Assembly: GCA_038087875.1 (NCBI GenBank)
Contig: CM075988.1
Span: 6,636,001-6,700,000, forward strand
DNA from: Malacoraja senta
Lineage: Eukaryota
DNA: 64,000 bases
Direction: 5' to 3'
Position 1 is the first letter of the stretch, and the number at the start of each line of letters is the position of its first letter. The position numbers and the translations under genes are program-made. A model generated the notes under the pieces. The model had not been told where the DNA came from. It made no database searches and saw only the letters and a program-made list of their open reading frames with translations. This document shows, piece by piece, positions 1-12,054 of this stretch.

Positions 1-2044
1 GTTTCATGCAGTTTGTGTTTTTTTTTTATCATCGTTGGCAAATTAATTTCCCTACTGGGACAAATAAAGTTCTATCGAATCGTATTGAAACGTCACCCAT
101 TCCTTCTCTCCAGAGATGCTACCTGTCCCGCTGAGTTACTCCAGCATTTTGTGTCTATCTTCGAGGCAGAGAGTGGTTCAGGACTGCTCAGGTTGCGGTG
201 GGATGGTTGTGGTGACGGAGAGCCGGCCGGCAGCCTCATCAGGTCGGTGGCAAGAGTTGGCCCAGACCCGCGAGCCCTCGGCACTCCCTCCAGCCCACAC
301 GGCAACAGGACGCACAAACCGCCCGTTGCTCTTTTGCAAACTCATTCTCTCCCTTCCCCCGCTCCCACCTCGCCCTCCCCTCCCCCCTGCAACCACAGAT
401 ACACTGAGCCGAACACACTGAATAAAAAGCTGTAGGAATTTTGAAAACTCCAGTATGAACTCAATGGCCATTGTGCTCTGTTAGGAATGTCAGCGAGCAG
501 TCAACTGTTAAATAGAGGGCCATTCAATGGCCTGGCCTATTTCCCTGAGAAGGCATTCATTTCCCAATGGCTGTGGACAATGGCCAGTATTGTGGCGTGC
601 CATGGCCTAGGGTTTTTACTTGTCCTTCTCTCTAAGGAATTCCAATACGCTGTCAATTGCTGTTAACATCTCGGCCTCTGGCAATAAAATGCAGTTATTA
701 GTTAATAAGCAGATCATTGTGGACAAACAAGGTCTCTCCAACGATCCTGGGCTGCTATTATTCCCCGCACTCGGCTTTGATTTCAGATTCTCCCCATGAT
801 TATTTTGCTTTTAACTGATTTTCATTTCCCCAGCTGCAAAACCTTTCTGAGTTTCTGCACATTTTATGAACTCCCCAGAGGTGCGGAGAATGATCTGCCA
901 CAGTGCATGGCGGATGAAAGAGGAACATAAAACCACACCCCCCCCCCCTTCCCTCCTACACCCCCCCCTCCCCCGCCTCCCACCCAGACAGAGTGTCCAG
1001 GCAGTGTGCCTGCCCCTGCTCTTCCTCTGTCGTACATCCCCTGAAGCTGCCGCCTCGCACAGGGTTACAGCTGTGCAAGCAGTCCACACACCAAGTCCAC
1101 ACTTTGGGCAGTCATGGTGGCACAGCTGGTAGAGCTGCTGGCTCACAACGCCAGAGACTTGGGTTCGATCCTGACCTCGGCCGCTGTCTGCGCGGAGCTT
1201 GCACGTTCTCCCCGTGACCGCGTGGGTTTCCTCTGGGTGCTCCGGTTTCCTCACACATCCCAAAGACGTGCGGGTTTGTAGGTCAATTGGCTTCTGTGAA
1301 ATTGTCTGTAAAATGTGTTTACTTTATTTTGGTTCATTGTCATGTGTGGAAAGCTTTATTCTTGCGGACTATCCAGTCAGTGGAAAGACTGTTTATGACT
1401 ACAACCAAGTCGTCCACAGTGTACAGATATAGAATAAAGGGAATAACGTTTAGTGCAAGATAATGTCTAGTAAAGTCTGATTAAAGATAGTCCCAGGGTC
1501 TCCAATGGGGTAGATGGTAGGTTAGGACTGCTCTCTAGTTGGTGATAGGATGGTGCAGTTGCCTGATAAAAGCTGAGAAGAAATTGTCGCTGGGAGTGGA
1601 TGAGAAAGTGGGATAGCAGAGAACTAGTGTGAATGGGTGATCAATGGTCGACTTGGTGGGCCGAAGAGCCTGTTTCCAAACTGTATCCTTTAATCAATGA
1701 AGGCAGGGATGATCAGTGACACCGGGATAGAGTAGAACACAATCTGGAGAAGGTCGGAGGTGGACGGCAGCCCTTCACCCTGGCCCTTTGCTCAGTTTTG
1801 CATCTGTGCTGGTGGATCTGAGTGCTGGTATTATCCGATATTTGAACACATTGAGCAATGTTATTATATAACACCACACGATCACAGTACAGCAGGCAAA
1901 CAGCGTCGCTCTTCTGAAAAAGCCATTTTAAACTTTGTCTACTTTCTCTGAAGAAGGGTCTCGACCCCAAGTGTCACCCATTCCTTCTCTCCAGAGATGT
2001 TGCCCGTCCCGCTGAGTTACTCCAGCATTTTGTGTCCGTCTTTC

Positions 2045-2208
2045 AAGAGAGAGCTAGATAGGGCTCTTAAAGATAGCGGAGTCAGGGGATATGGGGAGAA
2101 GGCAGGAACGGGGTACTGATTGGGGATGATCAGCCATGATCACATTGAATGGTGGTGCTGGCTCAAAGAGCTGAATGGCCTACTCCTGCACCTATTGTCT
2201 ATTGTCTA
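2045..2208 (+). mobile_element. Young CR1-type 3' end with (CTATTGT)n tail; near-identical copy at 5161-5330
   Basis: aagagagagctagatagggctcttaaagatag...ctcctgca(c/t)ctattgtctattgtct. Confidence 0.75.
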
Positions 2209-3659
2209 TCATCCCACAAGGGGGTGTGAGTATCAGCACGATTACAGCACAGGTTCTGATGAGATCATATCACCTGCACTCCCTTACTGGGAATAAAACG
2301 TAACGCACTGCGCACAAAAAAATACAGTCAAATGAAGTCTCGAAGGTGGGCCGTTCCTGGTCCATCACGTGCACAGCCCTCCCCACCACCTAAAGCATCT
2401 ACATGTGGCACGGCCTCAAGAAGACAGCCTCTATCTTCAAGGATCCCCACCATCTGTGCCCTGCCCTCTTCTCGCTGCTACTGTTGGGGAGAAGGTACTG
2501 AAGTCTGATGTCCCACACTACTTTCCTACAAACTCCATCTACACTTCACGCTGCCTCGGCAAGTCCACCAGCACAGTCAAGGCCGAGTCTCACCCCAATA
2601 ACCCTCTGCACACCCTGGCCACTGCCTGACCCGCTGTTATTCCAGCATTTGTATCTATCTTTGGTACAAACCATCACCTGCAGTTTCTTCCTGAACATAA
2701 CCTACAAACCCACATGTCTTTGGGATGTGGGAGGGAAGTGGAGCACCCGGAGGAAACCCATGCGTCACTCTGGAGAACATGGGTAGGGGACATTTTGGGT
2801 CGGGACTCTTCTTCTGACCCGCTGAGTTACTCCAGCACTTTGTGCCTTTCTCTGGAGGCTCTGTGTGCATTCTAGGAGACTCCACATGGTCCTTCATCAT
2901 CCTTCCCATAAAGGGACCTGCAGAACCTACAGATATCCTTGAGCAGGGATTGCTTGGGCAGGGCTAAGGCAGGTTCTTGCAATTTCCCTTGATGTTGTTT
3001 GTAGGTTCAGAAGCATTGGAGCAGAATTAGGCCATTCGGCCCATCGAGACTACTGCACCATTCAATCATGGCTGATCTATCTTTCCCTCTCAACCCCATT
3101 CTCCTGCCTTCTCCCCATAACCATTGACACCTTTACTAATCAAGAAACTGTTAATGCCCGCTTTAAAAATATCCAATGACTTGTTCTCCACAGCCTACTT
3201 CAGTAAGGATATTGTGTACAGGAATTGGTACATCATGTTACAGTTGTGTACCATGTGGGTGAGACTGCATTTGCAAGTACTGTATGCAGCTCTTGACACC
3301 CTGTAAGAAGTAGGGCATTATGCCAGAGAGATTCACTTCACATTATCCTCCAACTGTGTCTCTCTTCCACGCCACACGCCATAACTATTGGCAACTTTCC
3401 TGAAGTAAGATCGTACTGGATATCTTCTGTGAAAGCGCATCAGAGTGGCGGCTCCTCCTTGAGATTGAGCCACAGCTCTGGGTCCATACCCGAGGATCAC
3501 ATCATTCTGGGGGCTTTGCTCATACCTTCCCCTGAACCGTGGTACCTGTTGCTCATGTTCACAACCTCCTTCCCTTCATTGCAGCAAGTGCTTGTAGACC
3601 TGTCAACAGAAAGGGCCACATCTCACCTTGGAGATGACGGGGAACTCAATCACTGATAT

Positions 3660-4400
3660 AACCTCGTCTACCGCAGCCAGTGCTCCCGGTGTGACCTCCT
3701 GTACATTGGCCAGTCCAAGTAGACGACGACTGTTTCGTTCAACACTTACGCTCAGTCCGTCAAGGCCTACTGGATCTCCTGTGTGCTCATCAATTTAACT
3801 CCCATTCCCGTACTAACCTTTCTAGCCTGGGCCTCCTCCATTGCCAGAGTGAAACCATGCGCAAACTTGAGGAACAACACCTCATATTGTGCCACCTGGG
3901 TAGCTTACATCCCAATGTATCAACATTGAATTCTCCAATATTAGGTAATAACATAACCCTCTTCCTTGCCCTTCTTTCTACTGTATATGCCCACATATCA
4001 TCTCTTTCCATCCGCTTTCCCTTCTCCTCCTCTCCCAAGTACTCCACCTGGACTCACACTTATCTCTCCCCTTCCCTTCAATCTGCATTTCTTCCTCTAG
4101 CCTAACAATCCACAACTCTTTAATCCTTTTGACTCACACTTTCTGTCTTCTCATCACTGACCTTTGTCCTGCCTATCAAAAAACCTTCCTCACCTGTTAC
4201 AACCTTTGACCTGCCAGGCTTTGTTCTGTCCCTCCTCCCTTCCAGCTTTCTACCCCCCTACCTCGAACTGAAGAAAGGTCTGAAGAAAGGTCCCAAACCA
4301 AAACGTCACCTATCCATGTTCTCCACAGATGCTGCCTGACCGGCTGAGTTACTCCAGGACTCTGTGTCTTCTTTTGTAAACCACCACCTGCAGTTCTTTG
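3660..4400 (+). mobile_element. Penelope-like retroelement 3' fragment (degenerate GIY-YIG endonuclease, CT-rich tail and terminal repeat)
   Basis: NLVYRSQCSRCDLLYIGQSK ... LGLLHCQSETMRKLEEQHLI ... NIEFSN (frameshifted), running into the tctgaagaa...aaacgtcacc...agatgctgcctgacc terminal repeat. Confidence 0.85.
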
Positions 4401-5358
4401 TTGCTACTGAATTAATCTCGCCAATGGGACAAAACTAGACCTAGTCTGTGAGATGCAATTTCTTCCCTGGATTATGATGGGCAAAAGCCCATGAATTCAT
4501 CGAGAGCGACCACTACGGCTTGTATCTCCATCCATCCCATAATCTCTTGTGATTCACCAGGCAAAGGTCCTCGCACTTTGCTAAAGGTGGCAAGAAGCAT
4601 CCATGGTCATGGAGATTTCCTGTGTAGGTCTTCAACTCTGCCACATGGTCCAACACATGTAAACCTTGTCCCCAGTTGGGTGTAGATCAGCAGGACCCAT
4701 CTAGTAAACAGCTGCAACAGCACCAATTCACTGAGTGAACAAGTAACTGGCTGTTTGTCAGCGTGGCTAAAGGCAGTCTCCTCACACTTTGGACCTCTCT
4801 CCAGTTCAACTCTGACCCAAAAATGGGGTCCTTGACGAAGAAGAGTCAGGAGATGGAGCTTTGCTTCTCCTTCATTGCTCCTCATTGTGATCTCCACACT
4901 CCCTCGATGAAGAAAGTTGGCTCACCCTATCGGCTGGCTGATGTAGCTTAAATTCCTCCTCACTCATCACTGATCCTGCCCTTTAACGCTGGTTTCCCTC
5001 ATCATACACTGATGTACACAGAGGTTCATTGGGCCTTTGGCTTAGCATAGAGAGTCAAAGAGCTATAGAGCTATGCTGGCCTTCATTCCAACCCGTCTAT
5101 GCTGACCAGGTTTTATACCTGAGCCCTTCCCATTAGCCTGCATTTACCCACTTCCCTTTAAAGAGAGAGCTAGATAGGGCTCTTAAAGATAGTGGAGTCA
5201 GGGGATATGGGGAGAAGGCAGGAACGGGGTACTGATCGGGGATGATCAGCCATGATCATATTAAATGGCGGTGCTGGCTCGAAGGGCCGAATGGCCTACT
5301 CCTGCATCTATTGTCTATTGTCTATTGTCTAAACCTTTCTAATCCTTGAACCTGCCCA

Positions 5359-5920
5359 AACATTGTTCAAAGAAAGCAAACTCAATGCTAGCATTTATTT
5401 CAAGATGGCTTGTGCACAAAAACAGGGATGGAATGCTGAGGCTCTATAAGGTGCTGTTGAGGCCGCATTTGGAATATTATGAGCAATTTTGGTCACCATA
5501 TCAGAGGAAGGATGTGCTGGCTCTGGAGAGTGTCCAGAGGAGGTTTACAAGAATTGTCCCAGGTTAACCTATGGTGAGTGTTTGGCCTGCACTCGCTGGA
5601 GTTTAGAAGAATGAGGACCTCATTGAAACATACAGAATAGTGAAAGGCTTGGTTAGAATGGATGTGGAGAGGATGTTTCCACTAGTGGAAGAGTCTAGGT
5701 CATAGCCTCAGAATTAAAGGACGTTCTTTTAGGAAGGAGATGAGGAAAAATGTATTTAGTCAGAGGTTGGTGAATCTGTGGAATTCTTCGCCACAGACGG
5801 CTGTGGAGACCAAGTCAGTGGACATTTTTAAGGCAGAGATAGATAGATTCTTGATTAGTACAGGTGTCAGAGGTTATGGGGAGTGGGCGGGCAAATGGGG
5901 TTAGGAGAGAGAGATAGATC
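5359..5920 (+). mobile_element. CR1-type (HER1-like) LINE 3' fragment
   Basis: LYKVLLRPHLEY..QFWSPY.RKDVLALESVQRRFTR followed by the CR1 3' region. Confidence 0.85.
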
Positions 5921-6304
5921 AACCAATGATCCCAGGTTTACACATCTGGTAACAAAAAGAATAGTTCATTTAAAATGTGTAGGAAGGAACTGCGGATAGA
6001 CACAAAGCGCTGGAGTAACTCAGCGCGTCAGGTGGCATCTCTGGAGAAAAAGGACTGGTGACGTTTCTGGCAGGGACTGGACTGCAGATGCTGGTTTATA
6101 CCGAAGATAGACTCAAAACGCTGAATGCAGACCAGTCTGAAGAAGGTTTCCGATCTGAAACGTCACCTATTCCTTTTCTCCAGAGATACTGCCTGACCCT
6201 CTGAGTTATTCTAACATTTTGTGTCTAATTTCATTTAAAATGCAGTTTTATAATTCATTCATGAGCAACAACCCAATTTTCTTTTCCCTCTATGCTCTTG
6301 GGTC

Positions 6305-6605
6305 ACGGCATGGTGGCGCAGCGGTAGGGTTGTTGCCTTACAGCGCCAGGGACCCGGGTTCGATCCTGACTGCAAATACAGTCTGTACAGAGTTTGGACG
6401 TTCTCCCTGTGACCGTGTGGGTTTTCTCCGGGTGCTCCAGTTTCCTCCCACACTCCAAAGGCGTACATGCTCGTAGGTTAATTGGCTTCATTAAAATTGT
6501 AATTTGTGCCTTGTGTGTGTGGGATAGTGTTAGTGTGCGGTAATCGCTGGTCAGTGGGGGCTTGGTGGGCCGAAGGGCCTGATTCCGCGCTGTATCACTA
6601 AACTA
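6305..6605 (+). mobile_element. HE1/V-SINE-like tRNA-derived SINE (representative; about 20 copies in the window, e.g. 1113, 10727, 11380, 16790, 24758, 39864, 45030, 51376, 58636 on plus; 10020, 13020, 14330, 22845 on minus)
   Basis: A box TGGCGCAGCGG, B box GGTTCGATCC, conserved core gtttgtacgttctccc...gggtgctccggtttcctcccaca, LINE-derived tail gggccgaagggcctg...ctaaact. Confidence 0.85.
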
Positions 6606-6674
6606 TTCCAGAGGGTCACTGCAACCTTTGCTACTATCTCCCTGGTGGCCTCACACTGTGTTTCAGTCACAAGT

Positions 6675-6702
6675 CTGAAGAAGGGTTTCGGCCCGAAACG
6701 TT
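6675..6702 (+). ncRNA. Minimal type I hammerhead ribozyme motif (PLE-derived)
   Basis: CUGAAGA-A-GGGU-UUCG-GCCC-GAAA-CGUU. Confidence 0.65.
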
Positions 6703-8139
6703 GCCTATCTCCTTCGCTCCATAGATGCTGCTGCACCCACTGAGTTTCTCCAGCATTTTTGTGTACCTTCGATTTTCCAGCATCTGCAGTTCCTTCTTTA
6801 ACACTGTTTCTTAGTGTCCAGCTCGTTCTTAGTCTCCCAATTTAGTTTATTGTCACGTGTACCGAGGTACAGTGAAAAGCTTTTGTTGCATGCTAACCAG
6901 TCAGCAGAATTGAGCCATTTACAATGTATAGACACATGTTAAGGGAATAAAGTTTGGTGCAAGGAAAAGCCAGAAAAGTCCAATCAAGGATAGTCCAAGG
7001 GTCACCAATTAATTCAGCACTGATCTCTGGCTGTGGTAGGAAGATTGATGATTCTTGGGCAAATGTTCCAACTATGGAACCCCTGGCTGCTCTGCTTGCT
7101 GGGGACAATATGCTCATCTGCAAAACCCTTGACGCAGTTGAAAATAAAATCAGCTCACAACACCAGCTACTGTCTGTGAGTGGAGCAGTCACATAGAGGC
7201 TGAGAGCCACGTCACCCACTGCTAGCATCATCGTTCATGCGTAAACATCTCCAAGCACTTAGCCTTCAAGGAAAAATAATGCTCATGTTAGGTTTGTGTT
7301 TAAACTCTGTTAGGTCTCTTTCTGTTTACAATGCCCTATGTCAGAGGGTGGTGAATCTGTTGAAATCTTTGCCACAGAAGGCCCTGGAGGCCAAGTCAGT
7401 GGATATATTTAAGGCACAGAAAGATAGATTCTTGATTTGCACGGATGTCAGAGGGAGAAGGCAGGAGAATGGGGTTAGGAGGGAGAGGTAGATCAGCCAT
7501 GATTGAATGGCAGAATAGACTTGATGGGACGAATGGCCTAATTCTACTCCTATCATTTATGACCTTATGACTAAACTAAACTAAAGCTCAGAGCCACCCA
7601 GGCTAAGGCGCTTCACTTAAATGACACCTCATCCATGAACTTACAAGGTTGTTCCCTCTGTAGATTCAGTGGGTGCTAACTACAAACTGCACCACAGTTA
7701 CAAGTCCAGGCTACTCAAATAGCACCTTCCAAGACACCAGCCATTCGGAAGAATAAGAGTACATCGGAACACCACCACCTAGATGCTTGCTGATGTGGAA
7801 ACACATCTCCTGTCCTTTGCCGTCCCTGGTCAAGAAACTTATTTCCCAACAGCACGGTCAAAATCCCTTCACCAGGAAGACTGCAGCAGCTCAAGGTAAT
7901 TGCTCACCACAACCTTCCCACAAAGGCAGTTACAGACAGGCAGAGTACATTGCGATAGAACTTTATTTAACCCAGGAGGGAAATTGATCTGCCAACAGTC
8001 ATAAAAACACAAAATACATCAAACATGAAATTATGAAATATCACATCCCAAAATATGAATTAAAAAAAGAGAATTAAATTAGGAGTTAAATTCTCACAAC
8101 ATATGAGAGCTCTTACAGTCATTGGCAAGATTAGGCCTG

Positions 8140-9135
8140 CTGGAAAGGGTACAGTGACAATTTACAAGGATGTTTCCAGGTCTTGAGGAGCTGAACTATC
8201 GGGAGAGGCTGGGCAAGCTAGGACTTTATTCCTTGGAGCGCAGGAGGACGCGGGGTGATCTTGTAGAGGTGTATAAGATCATGAGAGGAATAGATGGAGG
8301 AGATGCACAGTGTCTTTTACCCTTTAACCCAGAGGAGGGGAATCAAGAATCATATGCTTAAGATTAGAGGGGAAAGATTCAATAGAAATCTTGGCAACCT
8401 TTTCACACAGGGGGTGGTGGGTATATGGGATGAGATGCCAAAGGAGGTTGTTGAGGCAGATCTATCGCAACATTTAAAGGGGCTGTCCCACTTGGGTGAC
8501 CTAATTGGCGAGTTTAGAAGAGTTTAGAAGAGTTTGAGAAAATGTCATGCTGAAGACCTCCTTCCACTATGTTGAAGACTAGCATCGACTAGCTACGACT
8601 AACTTCGGGAAAATTGGACACCGAATAGTGGAGAGTGAAGACGACCTCCTTCGACCTCCCTTTGACTATGACGAAGACTATCTACAACTACCTTAGACTA
8701 CCCTCGATTACCTACGACTAACATGCCGACCTACTACGACTAAACCTACGAGTAAAAAAAGTATTGATTTTTTCCATGGCGACCTTTTTTTACTCGCGGG
8801 CATTTTTCAACGTGTTAAAAAATACGCCGCAAACCTAGCTAAGCCCTCGAGTACACGGGGACTACTCTCGAGCATGAAGGAGAGTTACGAAGACCTCCTA
8901 CGACCTCGTGTCGACCATGCTGCGAGTATGAGTCGAGGGCAAACTCGCCAGAACTCGTGGATTAGGTTGCCCAAGTGGGACAGCCCCTTAAGACATTTGG
9001 ACAGGTACATGGACAGGACAGGTTTAGAGGGATATGGGTCAAACACGGGGAAGTGGGACTAGTATAGATTGGGCAGCTTGGGCAAGTTGGGCAGAACGGC
9101 CTGTCTCCATGCTGTATGACTAATGACTATGACTC
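8140..9135 (+). mobile_element. CR1-type LINE 3' fragment interrupted by a MITE
   Basis: PGLEELNYRERLGKLGLYSLERRRTRGDLVEVYKIM; (CTATGA)-like tail. Confidence 0.85.
8478..8988. mobile_element. PIF/Harbinger-type MITE inserted in a CR1 fragment
   Basis: TIR AGGGGCTGTCCCACTTGGG / CCCAAGTGGGACAGCCCCT, TAA TSD; interior rich in CTACGA/CGACTA repeats. Confidence 0.85.
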
Positions 9136-11961
9136 TCTACTTGTCTAATCCCAAATATATCTATACATATAAGTACTCATATATCGCAGATCTGCACATC
9201 TATGCGGGTTTGTAGGTTTATTGGACTCTGTGAAATTACCCCTAGTTTGTAGGGAGTGGGTGTGAAAGTGAGATAATAATGGAACTTGTGTGAACGGGTG
9301 ATTGATGGTCAGTGTGGACTCGGTGGGCTGAAGGGCCTGTATCCATGCTGTATATCTAATGAAACTAAGCTTCGTGTTGCAAGGCTGTATCAGCGGTGCT
9401 GCCTGTGCGGAGTTTGTACGTTCTTCCTGTGACCGCGTGGGTTTTCTCCGGGTGCTCTGGTTTCCTCCCACTGGTTTCCTCCCTTTGGCCTTCAGATTTT
9501 TAGGTTGAAAATAGACACAAATTGCTGGAATATCTAGGTGGGACAGGCAGCATCTCTGGAGAGAAGGAATGGGTGGAAAAAATCTCTCTCCAGAGATGCT
9601 GCCTGGCCCGCTGAGTTACTCCAGCATTTTGTATTTATCTTCGGAGTAAACCAGCATCTGCAGTTCCATCCTACAGGTTGTTAAGGTGATTGGCTTCTGT
9701 AAATTTGTAAATAGTCCCTGGTGTGCAGGATAGTGCTACTTGGTGGGCTGAAGGGCCTGTTTCGCGCTGTGTCTCCAAAGTCTAAAGCCATTTACATCAA
9801 GCTGACACTAGGTGGTGCAGTGTTTGGAGTGCCTCTTCCAAGGCCCAGCGATGGGCTGTGCTGATGACTTGATCCAGGGCAACTGCCTGGCTTGGTTATT
9901 GGGCCAATGCTGCCCTCTGCTGTCCTCTGTGTGAATCACAAGCTCGAATATCATCATGGCCCCTTTCCCCATTAGACTTTAGACTTTAGAGATGCAGCAT
10001 AGAAACACTCCCTCTGGCCCAACCTACAAAACCTGTACCTTTTGGATGTGGGAGGAAACCGGAGCACCCGGAGAAAACCCAACGCGGTCACAGGGAGAAC
10101 GTGCAAACTCCGTACAGACAGCACCCGTGGTCAGGATCGAACCTGGACCTCTGGCACAATGAGGCAGCAACTCTACCGCTGCGCCACTGTTGCCAGTTTC
10201 CCTGACTCACAACAGGAATGTCCCAAAGATAGACACAAAGTGCTGGAATTACTCAACTGGTCAGGCAGCGTCTCTGGATGAAATGAATGGGTGGCGTTTT
10301 GGTTCCTTAGGCGTTGCTTGGATACCTCTCAGCTCCTCAGTAGAAGATCATTCCTTCTCTGTGAACCTAGACACTGACTTTATTGCAAGGAGGTAACCAT
10401 CACAATTAAGCATCATCTCAGCCACATGCACAGATACAAAGCACACACTGTGATACGGATAACCTGTTTTTATTTAGGACATTTCATAACCTCTGGGTTT
10501 CTCAAAGTATTTTACACCAGGGACAGTTTGCACACAGCAATCTCCCGCCAACAGCAAAGGTGTTAATGAGTGGCTGGGTATTGGTTCAGGGCGGGTGGAG
10601 AGGGGAGGATGGTGTAGGAGGCGGTGTGGGGGAAGCAAGTAGGTCTGGCTGTGGCTGTGGTCCTCTATCTCTTCCTTTCATTCCGCAGGGTTGATGTAGT
10701 CGCTGCAAGGAACCAAGAACCACGGGTGGCACGGTGGCGCAGCGGGTAGAGCTGCTGCCTCGCAGCGCCAGAGGCCCTGGTTCGATCCTGACTACAGGTG
10801 CTGTCTGTGCAGAGTTTGCATGCTCTCCCTGTGACTCCGGGTGCTCCAATTACCTCCCCCATTCCAAAGATGAGCGGGTTTGTAGGTTTAATTGGCTTCT
10901 GTAAGTTACCCCTAGTGTGCAGGGACTGAAAGTGGGATAACATAGAACTAGTATAGGAGTGGTCAATGTGGACTCAGTGGGCCGAAGGGCCTGTTTCCAT
11001 CTGTATCTCTAAAGGAAACACTCCCAGGGACCACAATCGAGTCGAGGATAGAAAACAGATGTATTGGGATGATGGGCAGAGGAAATGGTGAGGGGAGAGA
11101 TGGGTGAAGGTGTTACATAGGTGGTATATAGGTGGTACATAGAAGCAATGCTGTCCCTGATTTATGTATTGGTCTTTATAACCTATTTTTTTAAAATTCT
11201 GATTATATGTTTTCTATAAATCTCTGTATGGTGTCCTTGAGACCTCGGTATAAGGCGCCCGTAAATAAAATCCATTATTATTATTATTATATGTTATCCA
11301 ACATGGAGACGCTGGCTGGTGATTTAAACCTCAGCTTGGTTTCCGTGACCTTCACTCATGCCAGGCTCAACCATCTGGGCGGCACAGTGGTGCAGCAGGT
11401 AGAGCTGTCCGGCACTGCACCACAGACCCGATTTCAATCCTGACCTCAGGTGCTGTCTGTGTGGAGTTTGCACGCTCTCCCTGCGACAGCGTGGGTTTCC
11501 TCCGGGTGCTCTGGTTTCTTCCCACATCCCAAAGACGTGCAGGTTTGTAGGTTAATTGGCCCTCTGTAAATTGCCCCTAGTGTATGGGGAGTGGACGAGC
11601 GATCGATGGTCGGCATGGACTCGATGGGCCGAGGGGCCTGTTTCCATGCTGTATTGTTCAATCAACCTTTCTTCCATTGCTGGCAAGGGTTGTCCTCAAA
11701 TGTGAAGCTCCCCAGGTGCTGCCTGACTGCAGAGCATTTGGAAAGACTTTCTCTGTTCCTGTATGTGGGGCATCATTTGCTGAAACGTGTGCAGTTAAAT
11801 CTATTAGTGCAGCTCGACCAGTGCAGCCTGGTGGACAGGAATATTCAGTGTAATTTGCAAAACAAATTGAATGCTGGTTCGTTTGAGAGTGCGGGGGGTG
11901 CAGTGTGGCGCAGTGCCCTGCCACAGAGCGGCCTCTCTCTGTATCTGGCACTCCAGCTCCA

Positions 11962-12054
11962 TCACACGCTCGTGTACAGCAGGCCCCGTAGGTGGGTCAC
12001 GTGGCACTTTGTTATTCTCACCAGCGTCACAAACTGCTGCCTCAGGCTGGTCAT
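11962..12054 (-). CDS. Mini-plakin terminal coding exon (MTSLRQQFVTLVRITKCHVTHLRGLLYTSV*)
   Basis: Acceptor tgtttctggtgcag|; compare plectin YVDLRTHYSELTTLTSQYIKFISETL. The stop falls where the rod domain would begin. Confidence 0.75.
   Translation of the reverse strand: MTSLRQQFVTLVRITKCHVTHLRGLLYTSV

Larger units (their letters stand above)
5924..7570 (+). repeat. Dispersed duplication, copy 1 (copy 2 at 24352-25560)
   Basis: Colinear from caatgatcccaggtttaca to gaccttatga, including the non-TE block 7055-7340 = about 25038-25322. Confidence 0.9.

Noticed and set aside
3526..4700. Possible further minus-strand exons (3526-3599, about 4557-4700) extending the mini-plakin
   Set aside because: Splice-like sites exist, but frames are short or stopped, there is no plakin-rod similarity, and the upstream exon already has an in-frame stop.
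6305..6380. tRNA-like sequences with A/B boxes (many copies)
   Set aside because: These are SINE heads followed by the SINE body; no complete cloverleaf is evident.
6954..7491. Duplicated ORFs (ANVPTMEPLAALLAGDNMLICK..., MRKHLQAL...) also at 24966-25467
   Set aside because: Their identity is explained by the local duplication; no splice or domain support.
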